From Hypanus sabinus (taxonomy: Eukaryota): a DNA stretch of 64,000 bases. The stretch is taken from the NCBI RefSeq assembly GCF_030144855.1, contig NC_082720.1, positions 72,788,001 through 72,852,000 on the forward strand, in the 5' to 3' direction. Below, in pieces: positions 33,350 through 46,760 of this stretch (positions within the stretch are counted from its first letter, which is position 1; every line of letters starts with the position of its first letter). The notes below the pieces were generated by a model. It searched no databases, was not told the DNA's origin, and saw nothing but the letters and a program-made list of their open reading frames with translations. The position numbers were made by a program, and so were the translations under genes.

Positions 33350-34980
33350 GCTCTAGAACTAGCTGAGCTGCTAGCCAATCCACTCTAGTGTCGTTACAAT
33401 ATTGGCATCTACCCAACAATATTAAAAATTGCCCAGGTGCTCTCTTCATTAAAAAAAAAGACAAGTCTAATTATTGCCCAGTTGACCTCCTCATATTCAT
33501 CAACAAAATGATGGAAACTGTCATCTACAAGGAGACGTTACTTCTGGTTTTCAATTATACTCAGTAACGTTAAGGTCCATCCCAGTCTTGATCCAAATGT
33601 GAACCAAAGGTTTCCAGCTATGAAGTAAAAGTGATTATTTTTGACAGTAAGACAGCAATTGACTGCTGGCATCAAGATGTCCTGGTCAAACTGAAGTTAC
33701 TGGGCATCAAGCACCTTGCACAAAGGAGTCAATTATCCCAGTTATCGTTCCATGGTGGAATCTGAAGTTGCTTCGTCAATGATTATTTTCTCTATAAAGT
33801 CATATTTTTTGATTATGTAATGTTCAGTTACCTACTACCTTTACAGATCCTCAGGAAATGAAGCAGCTCACATCCAGGTTCTGATGTTTGCAGGCAAAAT
33901 TCAGGTATTATTTTTAAGTCGTGGAAGAGCCAGATGAAGGCCATATTCATTTAGCAAGTCAAACTGCTTACTGTTCACATTCATTGGAACTATCTGCTGA
34001 GAGCCTCATCATCAACATTCTTGAAGGTCACTATTGTCAAGAAACTCAACAGAAATACTGTGAGTGGAAGAGCAGGTGAGAGGATGCACATTATGTGGTG
34101 AATGACTCACTTCTGATGTCAAGGCATTTCCACCATCTACAGCACACAGGTGTAGAGTACACCATAAGACATAAGACAGCAGCAGAGTTAGGCTATTTGG
34201 CCTATTGAGTCTGCTCCACCATTTACTCATGGCTGATTTATTTTCCCTCTCAATCCCTAATGCTTGTTTACTCCCTGTACGATTTGATGCCCCTACTAAT
34301 TAAGAATTTATTAACCTGCACTTTAAATGTACCCAATGACCTAGGTGCCACAGCAGGCTGCGATGAATTCCACAGATTCACCATCCTCTGGCTAAAGAAA
34401 TTCTTCCTCATTTCTTTTCTAAAGGGGCTTTCTTGTCTACCGTAGGCCTCTGGTCCTAGACTGTCCCACTACTAGAAACATATTGCTCATTTCCATTATA
34501 TCTTAGCTGTTTAAGTGATTGAATGTTCTTTACTCTCTTGGATGCTAGTAGCACCAATAGCTCTCAAGAAGTGTGATGCCAAGCCAAAGCAACCTCCTTG
34601 ACTGGCACCCTATCAGAAACATCTGCTCCCCTCCACTGCTGGCACACTGCAACTGCAATGTACTGTATACCATCTACAGTGCATACTGTAGCTTTTCACC
34701 CACAGTGCAGTGACAGGAAACCCCAAGTCTATGATCTTATCTACTAAGAGAGGCAGCGAGTACATGGGAATACCATCACTGGTAGATTCCCTTTGAAGTC
34801 ACACCCAATCTTGATTTAGAAATATTTTCTGGTGCTCCTATGTAGATCCTGAGTGTAAATCTTGGAACCCCTTATCCAATAGCTCTAGAAGGATCTTGGC
34901 CAGAATATTTGCAGCAATACGAGAAGGCTGCTCACCATTTCCTCAAGTGCAACCAGGAATAGTCAATAAATGTTGCTCCT
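33350..34980 (+). mobile_element. Ancient CR1/L2-group LINE fragment interrupted by a minus-strand CR1 3' end (~34163-34530)
   Basis: Degenerate KIAQV..KK.DKS.NY.P..LL..NKMME. Inner copy has the tail accataagacataag. Confidence 0.6.
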
Positions 34981-36379
34981 TCATGCGATACTCATATACC
35001 TAAAAAACATGGTGTATTAAAGGTCATTGCACACTTACCCAAGGGAAATGGGTCATTCCTCTCAAATGTATCTCTTCAAGGAGCTAAAGTCGATTGAGAT
35101 GAAGCGGTGGAGTAGCGGGGGGTGGGGTATGATATTGGGATAATGGAACAGTGATTTCCCAGGGGAGAGTCTACTACCCATCCTAAGCATGAAGCAGGTC
35201 AATGATGCCCTATGTCTCTGGGCCTTAAACCCTTTCAACATGCAGCAACCATTGAATCTCTCCTCTGCCTATATCAGTTCACAGATGCCTTTTGTCTATA
35301 TTGAAGACTGTTGCCAACAGTTATTTATCTGAACAGAAATTATGCAAGATAATTTTCAACACACAAATTATGTCCCGAGAGGCTTCTTTAATTCATGCTG
35401 ATTGTAACCCTTGTAAAATTGAGTTCATAAAAAATGTCCTAAATTGGGACCTTTTGATCCAGTTTCTCTTGGTAAATAATTAATGGGTTGATGACTTCAT
35501 CCTATTCCCTCAATACAGAAGAAAAATAACTCCTGCATTGCAGATCCTCCCTGGATTACAAAAGCCCAACTTATAGACAACCCATACAATGAATGAGCAT
35601 CTGGGAGACCAGCAAGATTGGTGGGGATGGTTGTTGCAAGGCTTCAGGTATCTTCTGTCAAATGGGCACTGGGCATTTCTATGCATCTTCTCTCCCCATT
35701 CTTCCTTCCCCTATCCCGACCCTCCACCCTGACAACCACCAGCGAACCAGAACAATCAGGGTGACTGACTTGAGTGAAGTTGAGCTGGGATCACAGAACA
35801 GGTCACTCGCTCAGTCGATGAGTTGTGAGGCCCCCTGGTGGCCATTTGTTTCGTTCCATCACAGCTGCTTCTGTGACCCCATTCCACACACTGTTTTTGT
35901 TAATTTTTGACAAGCGAGCCGATTGAATTATGATCACATTTGTGAGAATAGAACCCTGGCATAACGTGGGGGACTGCCTGTGGTGTGTATTGCAACAGGA
36001 AGTGCCAGGCCCAATTTCCTTATTGCTAAGATCATAACAGGAAATGAACACAAATTGTACTTTGCGTGTTATTTTATCTGAACAATTGCTGCAAATATGT
36101 TTTCTTTAATCATGCCTTGGTTATAATTTCTGTGGGTTAGTTGGAGTACCTGTAGTTGATTATTGATCAAGTGGTTATATCTCATTGATCTTCTGTGTTT
36201 CCTCACCTTCACCACTACTAACATCATAGGTGTCTTTCCAAGAGCTCATAATCATTAGATAACATCTCTTTAACTGCCATTTATCCAGCCATAATTGCTT
36301 CAGCATAGCAGTGAATCTATCAACAATACCATCTACATGTGTGCTCTTGATGAAATTATTGTTTATACAGTTAACTGTC

Positions 36380-36530
36380 GGCTAACTATTACTTGGATTG
36401 CACTACTTGTATGTATAATTTATATTTTCATTTATATTTATCAACTGTTACGAGCAGAGAGACAACATCTGCCGGAAGTAAATTCCTTGTATGTGTACAG
36501 GTACTTGGCGATTAAAGTCTGATTCTGATA
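36380..36530 (+). mobile_element. LINE 3' tail fragment
   Basis: aattccttgtatgtgtacaggtacttggcgattaaagtctgattctga. Confidence 0.45.
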
Positions 36531-37027
36531 CCCTCCATCTTCCATAATGTGTAGGCTGCTAGCATCTTCTGATTGAAGGCATAAAATGTGTTGGCTATCA
36601 AGGGTCATTAAATACGGAAAGTGGTCAGGAAGTTTTCATTGTTGCTCCAAATTATGGGACAACTCAACTTTTCCTTATCGCTACAGAGGTTCAGTCTTCC
36701 ATATGATTAGGTATGAAATACTTTCTCTTTGAGTTCAAGTGTATTCAACACCTTTATTTGGTTGTTTCCTGGACTCAATGATGTTCAAGCAGAAATGCAC
36801 AGTGTGTCACTATTCTTGTTTGGAAATCTGAATATCTTCACATTTTGGACATAGTTTGAACTGAGCATGTTTAGAACAGTGACCTCCTATTGTAACACTT
36901 TCTTCTATGACCATGGACTGTATATTCTGACTTCATGAGACATTAGTTAAGAGTCAACATTTTTATGCATGTGGTGTTTGTTCATGTCAGTGCTTGGAGT
37001 AATAGAGTCATGGACCTATGGTATAGA

Positions 37028-40000
37028 AGACCATAAGACATAGGAGCAGAATTAGGCAAATCGAGCCTGCTCTGCCATTCAATCATAGTTGACTCTGCTC
37101 GGCCCCGCTCCCCGGCCTTCTGCCCATAATCTTTGCCGCTGCGGCCAGTCAAGAATCCTTCAATCTCTGCCTCAAGTACATCCAATGACCTAGCTCCACA
37201 GCTGCCTGTGGGAACAAGTTCCACATATGCAGAACCCTCTGGCTAAAGAAATTACTCTGGATTTCTATTTTAAATGGATGTCCCTCTATTCTGAAGAAGT
37301 GGTCTCTTGCATTAGACTCCCCCACCATGGGCCCTGTCTAGGCCTTTCAAAATTTGAAAGGTTTCAATGAGATACCCCCTCATCCTTATAAATACCAGTG
37401 TGTGCAGGCCCAGAGCCATCAGACGTTCCTCATATTATATCCCTTTAATTATCGGAATCATCCCTGTGAACCTCCTTCGAACCCTCTTGAATGCCAACAC
37501 ATCCTTTCTAAGCTAAGGAACCCAAAACTGTTGACAATACTCAACGTGAGGCATCACCAGTGCCTTTTAAAGTCTCAGCTTCACATCCCTGCTTCTTTAT
37601 TCTAGACCTCTTGAAATGAATACTAACATTGCATTTTCCTTCCTCACGACTGACTCAACTTGCAAGTTAACCTTCAAGGTATACTGCACAAGGAATCCCA
37701 AGTCTCTTTGCATCTCAGATTTTTTAGATTTCCTCCCCCTTTATTTCTTCTACCAAAATGCCTGACATGCATTTTCCTATATTGTATTTCATTTGCCACT
37801 CTCTTGCCCATTCTCTTTATCTAAGTCCTTCTGCAGCCTTCATGTTTCCTCAACACTACCTAGCGCTTCACCAATCTTCATATCACCTGCAAACTTGGCA
37901 ACAAACCCTTCTACTCCATCATCTAAATCATTGATATACAGTATTAAAAGAAGCGGTTCCAGCACCAAACACCGCAGAACAGCACTAGTCACGGGCAGCC
38001 AACCAGAAAAAGATCCCTTTATTCCCACTTGCTGCCTCTTACCAATCATCCAATGCTCTAACCATACCAGTAACTTTACTGTAATACCATGGGCTCTTAA
38101 CTCAGTAAGCAGCTTCAGGAGTGGCACCTTGTCAAAGGCTGCCTGAAAGCCCAAATATACAACATCCACGGCATCCCCTTTATCTATTCTACATGTAATC
38201 TCCTCAAAGAATTCCAGCAGATACATCAGGCAAGATTTTTCCTTAAGTAAACCATGATGACTTTGTCCTATCTTATCCTGTGTCACCAAGTATTCCGTAA
38301 CCTCATCCTTAACAATTGACTTCAACATCTTCCCAACCACTGAGGCAGGGCTAACTGGTCTGTAATTTCCTTTTTGTTGCCTCCCTCCTTTCTGCAAGAA
38401 TGGAGAGACATCTACATTTTTTCATTCCTCCAGAATCATGCCAGAGTCCAGTGTTTTTTGAAAGATCATTACGAATGCCTCCACAATCTCTACCACTACC
38501 TCTTTCAGAACTCTGGAGCACAGTTCAGCTGGTCCGGGTGACTTGTTTACCAGTAGGTCTTTCAGTTTTTTGAGCACCTTCTCCCTTGTAATAGTAACTG
38601 CTCTCACTTTTCTTCCCTCACACCCTTCAACACCTGGCACACTGCTAGTATTATCCACAGTGAAGACTAATGAAAAATAATAATTTAGTTCATCAGACGT
38701 CTCCTTCTCCCCAGTTATTATTTCTCTGAGTTCTAGTGGTCCTATATCCACTCTTATCTCTCTTTAATTTTTTATATGCTTGCAAAGCTTTTTCTATCTA
38801 CCTTGAAATTGTTTGCTAGCTTGCTTTCATATTTTATATTTTCCTTCCTAATGATTCTTTTATTTGCTTTCTATATGTATTTAAATGCTTCCCAATCCTC
38901 TATCTTCCTGCTAATTTTTGGTTTCTTGTATGCCCTATGTTTTGCTTTTACATTAGCTTTGATTTCCCTTGTCAGCTACAGTTGTACTATTTTGCCCTTT
39001 TGAGTATTTTTTTTTTGTTTATGGAATACATCTATCCTGCACCTTCCTTATTTTTCCCAGAAACTCAAGCCATTGCTGCTCTGATGTCATCCCTGCCAGC
39101 ATCTCCTTCCAATTTACTTCTGCCAAATCCTCTCTCATTTCCTTTACTCCACTTAAATACTGCTACGTCAAACATTACTTTCTCCCTATCAAATTTCAAG
39201 TTGATTTCAATCATATTCTGATTGCTGTGTCCTAAGGGTTTCCTTACCTAAGCTCACTAATCACTTTGGCTCATCACATATCAGCTAATCCAATATATCC
39301 GATCCCTTAGTAGGTTCAACAACAAACGGCTCTAAAATGCCATCTCGTAGGCATTCAACAAATTCACTCTCGAGTTCCATTGCCAACCCGATTTTGCCAA
39401 TTAACCCGCACGTTAAAATCTCTCATGACTATCATAACATTGCACTTTTGACACACCCTTTCTATTTCCTGTTGTAATCTGTATCCCACATTCCAGCTCC
39501 TTTTTGGAGGCCCGTATATAATTACCATCAGGGTCCTTTAACCCTTGCAGTTTCTTAACTCAACCCATGAAGATTCAACATCTTCCAATCCTATATCACA
39601 TCTTTGTAATGATTTGATGCCATTTTTTTTTACCAGCAGAGCCACACCACCACCTCTGCCTACCTTCCTATCCCTTCGATATAATGTATAACCTTGGACA
39701 TTCGGCTACCAACTACAACCATCCTTCAGCTACGATTCAGTGTTGGCCACAACATCATATCCGAAAATCTGTAAAAGTGCAACAAGATCATCCACCTTAT
39801 TTCTTATGCTCTGTGCATTGAGGTAAAACACTTTGAGTACTCTATTTGCTACCCTCTTTGATTCTGCATCCCTAATGTACTGATACTCACCCTGCTGACT
39901 GCAATTTTGTACTCTTCTGCCTACATCTCCTGACAGTCGAACTGCACGCTACCTTTGCTTTTTTAACATCCGTCCTAAGCTAAGTCCCCTCACTATGGTT

Positions 40001-41150
40001 CCCATTCCTCCTACCAAATTAGTTTAAACCCTCCCCAACAGCTCTAACAAACCTGCCTGCAAGAACAAACACGAGGAAATCTGCAGATGCTGGAAATTCA
40101 AACAACAACACACGCAAAATGCTGTGTTCCACCAGCATTTTGAGTGTGTTGCTGCCTGCAAGAATATTGGTCCCCCTTGGGTTCAAGTGCAACCATTCCC
40201 TTTTGTACAGGTCATACCTCCCCCAGAAGAGATCCCAATGATCCAAGAATCTGAAGCCCTGCCTCTGAACCAGCTTCTCAGCCACACATTAATCTGCCAC
40301 ATCATCCTACTTCTACCCTCACCGGTGCACGGCACAGGCAGCATTCCAGAAATTACTACCTTGGAGGTCTTGCTTCTCAGCTTTCTGCCTATCTCTCTTA
40401 ATTCTCTCTTAAGGACCTCTTTGCTTTTCCTTCCTATTTCATTGGTACCAATGTGTACCAAGATATCTGGCTGCTCTTCTGCCCCGTCCAAAATGCTGTG
40501 TACGTGATCTGAGACGTCCTTGACTCCGGGACCTGGGAGGCAACATACCATCTGGGTGTCCCATTCACTTCCACAGAATCTCCTGTCTGTTCCTCTGACT
40601 ATTGAGTCCCCTATCACTACCTCTCCCCTCTTTTATCTCTTTCCTTTCTGCACAATGGACCCATGCTCAGTGTCAGTAACACAGTCTTTGTGGCATTCCA
40701 CTAGGAGATCCAATATGGTATACTAATTATTGAGGGGAATGGCCACGGTTGATCTGCACTAACTGCCTATTCACCTTCCAATTCCTTCTCCTGACTTTCA
40801 CTGAGCTACCCCCTCCTTCAACTTCAGGGTGAGTACTACTTTGTAAGTCCAATTGATGATCTCCTCACTCCAGCTGCTGTTCCAGATTCCTAACATGGTC
40901 TGCAAGGAGCTGCAGCTGGATGTCCTTCACATTGGTGTAGCTCCCTGGGAGACTCTGGGCTTCCCAGGACTCTAACATTTGCCATGAAGAACACACAATG
41001 GCCATTTAAACTACACTAAGTACCCCTGACGCAGTAAGAAAAAAGGGAAACGTCACAGAAACTCACCTGGACAACTTTCCCAGGGCCTGAGCTGAAGCCT
41101 GCTTAGATCCAAATCCTGACACTCCCACTCTCACCACTGGCCCATTCCCA
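37028..41150 (-). mobile_element. Near full-length decayed CR1 LINE (ORF1 esterase, APE, RT)
   Basis: ORF1 IGDSIVRGTDRRFCG..VCCLPG..HIGTN..HLNPRG. RT NYRPVS, HHGLLKEKSC, AFDKVP, FAGDMK. Tail accataagacatagg. Confidence 0.92.
40066..40151. mobile_element. 86-bp collapsed PLE-derived hairpin inserted in CR1 ORF1
   Basis: caacacacgcaaaatgctg / cagcattttgagtgtgttg. Exact 13-bp TSD CTGCCTGCAAGAA (40053-40065 / 40152-40164). Confidence 0.9.
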
Positions 41151-41344
41151 ACAATGGCTGTTCTGCTTGTCCATTCCGTACTTCAAATTACTATTCTCTG
41201 TGCTGGTCCCGCTGCTGGTTGTGCCACCGGAATGACACCGATCACCCACAACACTCTCGTTTTGAATGAGCATTGACGACCCAAATGTGACCTGTTCACT
41301 GTGCGGTGCTCCTGACACCGATTGAGCTGCCAAAATGACGGGCC

Positions 41345-41630
41345 TTTTTGCCCATATAGTTCATGCCAACCAGATCTTATACCTTGTCTCATTTAGCTTC
41401 ACCTGGATCATATACTTTCATCCCTATCCCATCCATGTACCTATCCAAACTTCTCTTACATGGATAAGCTGGATAAGTACCTGGCATTTCTGTTGGCAGC
41501 TCGTTCCCCACTTGCACCATCCTCCGAGTCAAGAAATTCCCACTCAGGTTCCCCTTAAATATTTCACCTTTCACCCAAAACCTATGATTACTCATTCCAG
41601 TCTCACCCAACCTAAGGGGAAAAGGCATCT
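41345..41630 (-). mobile_element. CR1 3' end
   Basis: GEIFKGNLSGNFLTRRMVQVGNELP. Confidence 0.8.
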
Positions 41631-42351
41631 TAAAATATAAATAATAACTGTAATAACAAGTCAGACAAAATCTGTAGAGAATGTTAACATTTTAGCTCTA
41701 TGGCCTTTTGTTCGCAATGGAGAAAATTAGAGCGAAAACAAATGCTGAAGTTCACAAATACTTAGGGATGAAGGAGGGGAGAGGAGAAAAATAAATGAGA
41801 AAGTTCGTGACTGGGGGAAAGGCAAGAATGATTAAAACACAGATGAGTAATTGTGGAAGATAAAAGAATGTGGTAATATGGAAAGAGAAATTTCTGGAGG
41901 AGGCATGAATTCAAAATAATGATCTAAAGTTTTCAAAATAATTCTTCAATAATGAAATAAAAATGCAGATGCTCTAAATTTAATTAACTGGTATTTTGAT
42001 TCTGGAAAGTAGTTTATGGACCTAATCAGGAGTTGTGGTTTATTATTCACTCTTAGGCTTATTAAAGTGTTGTTGCAAAAAGTAAAGGGCATTGAGAACA
42101 GAGCAGGAGTCAGTGGATGAATTACTGTTGATATACAATGCAGTTAAAGTACCAGGGAAGGAGATCTATATTAAACCTATTCTGCATCCATATACTTCAA
42201 ATTTATGTAGTGCTTGATCAATTTCTGTTCCTAAATTCTGGGAGCGGAGAGGTTAAGTTATAAGAAGAATCTGGATAGGCTGGGTTTTTTCCCTGAAACA
42301 TTGGAGACTGAAGGGTGACCTTACAAAGGTGTGTAAAATCAGGTTAGATAA

Positions 42352-43716
42352 AATGGGAGTGAGGCAAAAGAAAGGAAATTATAGGCCAGTTAGCCTAACT
42401 TCAATGCTTGAGAAAGTATTGGGGTCTATTATTAAGGATGAGGTTTCAGGGTACTTGGAGACTAACAATAAAATAAGTTAAAGTCAGTGCGGTTACTGAA
42501 AAGGGAAATTGAGTCTGAAAAATCTGATAGAGTTCTTCAAGGAAGTAACAAGCAGTGTTGACAAAGGAGAGAAAATGGATATCACTTATTTGAAATTTCA
42601 CAAGGCATTTGATAAGGTGCCACACATGACGCTGCTTAACAAGATAAAATCCTATGGCGTTACAGGAAAGATACTGGCATGGATAGAGGAATGGCTGAAA
42701 GGCAGGAAGCAGCAAATGGGAAAAAATGTGGGCCTTTTCCGGTTAGCTGCCAGTGACTTGTGGTGTTCCTCAGGGGTCAGTATTGGAGCCGCTACTTTTC
42801 ACATTATATGTCAATGATTTAGATAATGGAATTGATGGCTTTGTGGCAAAATTTGTGGATGATACAAAGATGGGTGGAGGGATAGATAGTGCTGAGGAAG
42901 CAATGTGTTTGCAGCAGGACTTAGACAAATTGGAAGAATGGGCAAAAATGTGGCAGATAGAATATAGTGTTGGGAAATGTATGATAATGGATTTTGGTAA
43001 AAGGAACAATAGTGCAGATTATTATCTAGCTGGGGAAAAAATACAAACATCACAGATGCAAAAGGACTTAGGAGTGTTTGTGCAAGTCTTCCAGAAGGTT
43101 AATTTACAGGTTGAGCCTCTGGTCAACAAGGCAAATGCAATGTTGGCATTTATTTCAAGGGGAATAGAATATAAAAACAAGGAGATAACGCTGAGCTTTA
43201 TGGTCAGGCTGCATTTGGAGTATTGTCAACGGCTTTGGGCCCCTAATCTCAGAAAGGATGTGTTATTAGAGAGAGTCCAGAGGAGCTTCAAGAGGATGAT
43301 TCAGGGAATGAAGGGGTTAACATATGAGGAGTGTTTGGCAGCTTGTACTCTCTGGAATTTTGAAGAATGTACGGGGACCGCATTGAAAACTATCATTTGT
43401 CGAAAGGACTAGATAAGGTGGATGTGGAGAGGATGTTTCCTGTGGTGGGGTTATCCAGAACTAAAGGACACAGCATCAAAATTGAGGGATGACCTTTTAG
43501 AACAGAGGTAAAGAGGAATTTTTCAGCCAGAGAGTAGTGAATCAAATTTTGTTGGAGGCCAATCCTGTGGGTATATTTGAAGTGAAATTTGAGGTGAGAA
43601 GGCAGGTGTATGGGGTTGAGTGGGATTTGGGATCAGCCATGATGGAATGGTGGAGCAGACTCAATGGGCTGAATGGCCTAATTCTGCTCCTATGTCTTAA
43701 GGTCTTATGATCTTAT
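42352..43716 (+). mobile_element. CR1 RT and 3' end nested in an older CR1 3' fragment (~42230-42350 plus ~43720-44050)
   Basis: KAFDKVPH, GVPQGSVLEPLLF, KFVDDTK, RLHLEYC. Tail gtcttaaggtcttatgatctt. Confidence 0.92.
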
Positions 43717-46016
43717 ATAAATAACATGAATGAGTTAGCAGGGCAGGAGATTCAAAATCTAGAAGGTATGGATTTAAAGTGAGAGGGGAAATATTTAAAG
43801 AGATAAAGATTGAATGACAGAGGGGCAATAACTTCATACAGAGCTGGTATGCATGTGCAGCAAGCTGCCAGAGGAAGTGGTACCAGGGGATTCAATTACA
43901 ATGTTTAAAAGAGATTTGAAACCTTTATGGATAGGAAATGTGTACAGGGATATGGGCTAAATGCAGGCAAGTAGGACTAGTTCAGGTGGGCAACTTGGCT
44001 GGCATGGCCGATTGGGCTGAAGACCCTGTTTCCATGGTGTTTAACTCTATTGCTTTCAAGGGTGCCTGATCTCATACAACCAATCCTTGGGAAAAAGATT
44101 AATTCATCATAAAAATGGCATACATACAACAACACACTACAACAACATATACATTTGTTGTATATTGTTGAAGAAACAATAAAGGTTATAGATTGGAAGA
44201 TAATCCAGGCTGTCATTGGATTCCGTGGTTCAGAACAAGGCAGAAACTAGGACTTAGATCTTTTTGTTCACTGTTCAAGAGTCACAGAGTGATACCTCAC
44301 GGAAACAAGCCATTTGGACCATGTTGACCCAGATGCCCTTGTTGTCTTTGCTTATTAATTCAGAAGAATGATTAAAAGAGTTTTTATGCTGGAGAGCCTC
44401 ACTAACATTTATATTATAGAAACAAGAATTAAAGCAAAAATTTCCTATGTACACTAACACAGCTATTAGCAACTCTGAAGAGATCATTATTATCTTTGAC
44501 ATTGAGTAATGGGTGTCAAATTGCTGAATGCCACTACATGAAAAGCACTGGGCACCATATACCACATATGAGGACATTTTAGTGAAATCTCTTGATAAAA
44601 CTAGAGTTCTGATGGTGATTAAATGGAGGTGATTAAACTGACATTTTATGAGACTTAATATGTTAGGACAAGGGATGATGTCAATGGGAATCGTGTCTTT
44701 TCCACATTTCATGGGTTCAATTGCAGGACTGACAGATGGGATGAAAGCTTTTTCCCTTTGGTGGACATAAGGATCCTAAATGAAATGAACGTGGACAGTC
44801 TCAATGCAATTCCCACTAAGGCATAAGTCCATGTTACATAACTATTTATAATGTGACAGTAATGAGGGCTAAATTGGCAGTGTTACTTGGAGAGCAGAAG
44901 GACATTTGATGCAGAAATGAATTGGCACACCGGTGCTATTGGGAGGTTTTTATTTTGGAGGGCTGTGACACAGCTGTGACAATACTAAAGAACTTATCCA
45001 TTGACTCAGCCCAGACACAGTGTAACTCGAGTTTTGCTCACCATTAAAATGGACACTGATCGGGGCAGGGAAATGCTCAATTTTCTTTTGTTTTCTTAAA
45101 GTGGAAAAATGTTTGCAGAAACCTGCAACCATTGTCCTATTTTGGCAGTACAGGATTGTTGAAGAGAAGCAAATAAAACCCTGAAGTACACAGTGCATCG
45201 ACAAGATATTTAATCTGAATGCTAAGTGCTAGATGGCACTTACTGAGAATATAGTGGGTCAGCCAAGGTGAACACGTTGTTCTGTAGTCTTTGATGACAA
45301 GATATGCAATAGCAGTAAACAAATAGCAGATAAACTTGTCTATGAAGTAATACTGACAGACATTCAAAGCCAAAGATAAGATGAGTGAGAATTACACAAT
45401 GCAAGTTGTGTGAATGGCTGGCTGTCCTTAAGTATCTGACTTCCTTCAGAAGCTTGGAAAATCAGGAACTATTTCAAACACTATCCTTTCCTGTTTTCCA
45501 TTATCCATTTTTTAATAAGCAGACAGCCATGGCAAATATACCTCTTCCTGCTTTTAAGGGTAAGGTATGGACGGACCTTTGCACCTCATCTGACTAATTT
45601 ATGTTATTCAGGGCATACTTGAAATTAATGTGTCAAATAATTCATTCTCCAATACTCTCACTCCTACTTCTATAAACTTTTATGTGTCACAGCAAATTCT
45701 AAAATCCATCTTCAAGTTGCATCTGAATATCCTGAGAAAGGGTGGTAACGATTTAATCTTCCCAGGTACCTTGGGGAGTCTGATACACTCTCACCAGGCA
45801 GACAATGTGCTTTGCAGGAACTCAAAGAAAGTCAAAATTGAAAAGTAAGATTCTATATGGATTTCAATTACAACTTTATACATGTCATATGAAGTAGTAA
45901 AAAGAAATAAGTCATCTTCTCTGCTTTCATGCCATTTGGCACAAAAAGGAAGCCATTTCATTCGTGATTTGATAGAGACCAGATTATGCTCTGGGGCAAG
46001 TGCTGAACATGCTGTA

Positions 46017-46567
46017 CACTCAGTGGCCACTTTAGTAGGTACAGCTGTACACCTGCATCTTAATGCAAATTACTAATCAGCCAATCATTTAGCAGCAACC
46101 CAATGCATAAAAGCATGCAGAGATGGTCAAGAGGTTTGGTTGTTGTTCAGACCATACATCAGAATGGGAAAGAAGTGTCATCTAAGTGACTTTGACCATT
46201 GGTGCCAGATAGAGTTGTTTGAGTATCTCAGAAACAGCCAATCTCCTGAGGTTTTCATGTGCAACAGTCTCTAGATTTTACAGAGAATGGTTTGAAAAAC
46301 AAAACCAAACATCCAGTAGGTAGCAGCTTTGTGGGCGAAAATGCTTTGTTCGTGAGAGAAGACAGAGGAGAATGGCCAGACTGGTTCAAGCTGACTGTAA
46401 CTCTAGTAACCACGCGTTAACAACAGAGACATGCAGAAGTGGATTTTTGAATGCACAGCATGTTGAACCTTAAAGTGGATGGGCTACAGCAACAGAAGAT
46501 CTGAAACGTACACTTAGTGGCTATTTTATTAGGTACCTCCTGTACCTAATAAAGTGGCCACTGAGTG
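46017..46567 (+). mobile_element. Non-autonomous Tc1-like transposon
   Basis: TIR CACTCAGTGGCCACTTTA(G/T)TAGGTACA, TA flanks at 46015-46016 and 46568-46569. N-terminus MGKKCHLSDFD..GAR*SCLSISETANLLRFSCATVSR from ATG 46164. Confidence 0.92.
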
Positions 46568-46571
46568 TACA

Positions 46572-46760
46572 TCTTCAGCAGGTCAGTCAGCACAGGTAGA
46601 AAGAGAACCAGAATTAATGTTTCAGATTGATGTGCTTTTAAAGAAGTTAATTAAGAAAGCAATGACCTGATATTTTAACTTTCCCCTTGAGAAGCTGACT
46701 AATTTGGGATTTACAAAATTCTCTGACATTATTTCGAATTGCTAACATACAATGTCTTTT
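46572..46760. mobile_element. Older PLE-derived hairpin family (also ~47060-47150 and ~58950-59040)
   Basis: cagcaggtcagtcagca..agagaaccagaattaatgtttcag. The 59020-59040 copy reads CTGATGAAAGGTCATC on the minus strand. Confidence 0.5.

Noticed and set aside
42753-43412. 219-aa RT ORF as a functional gene
   Set aside because: Part of a 5'-truncated, frameshifted CR1.
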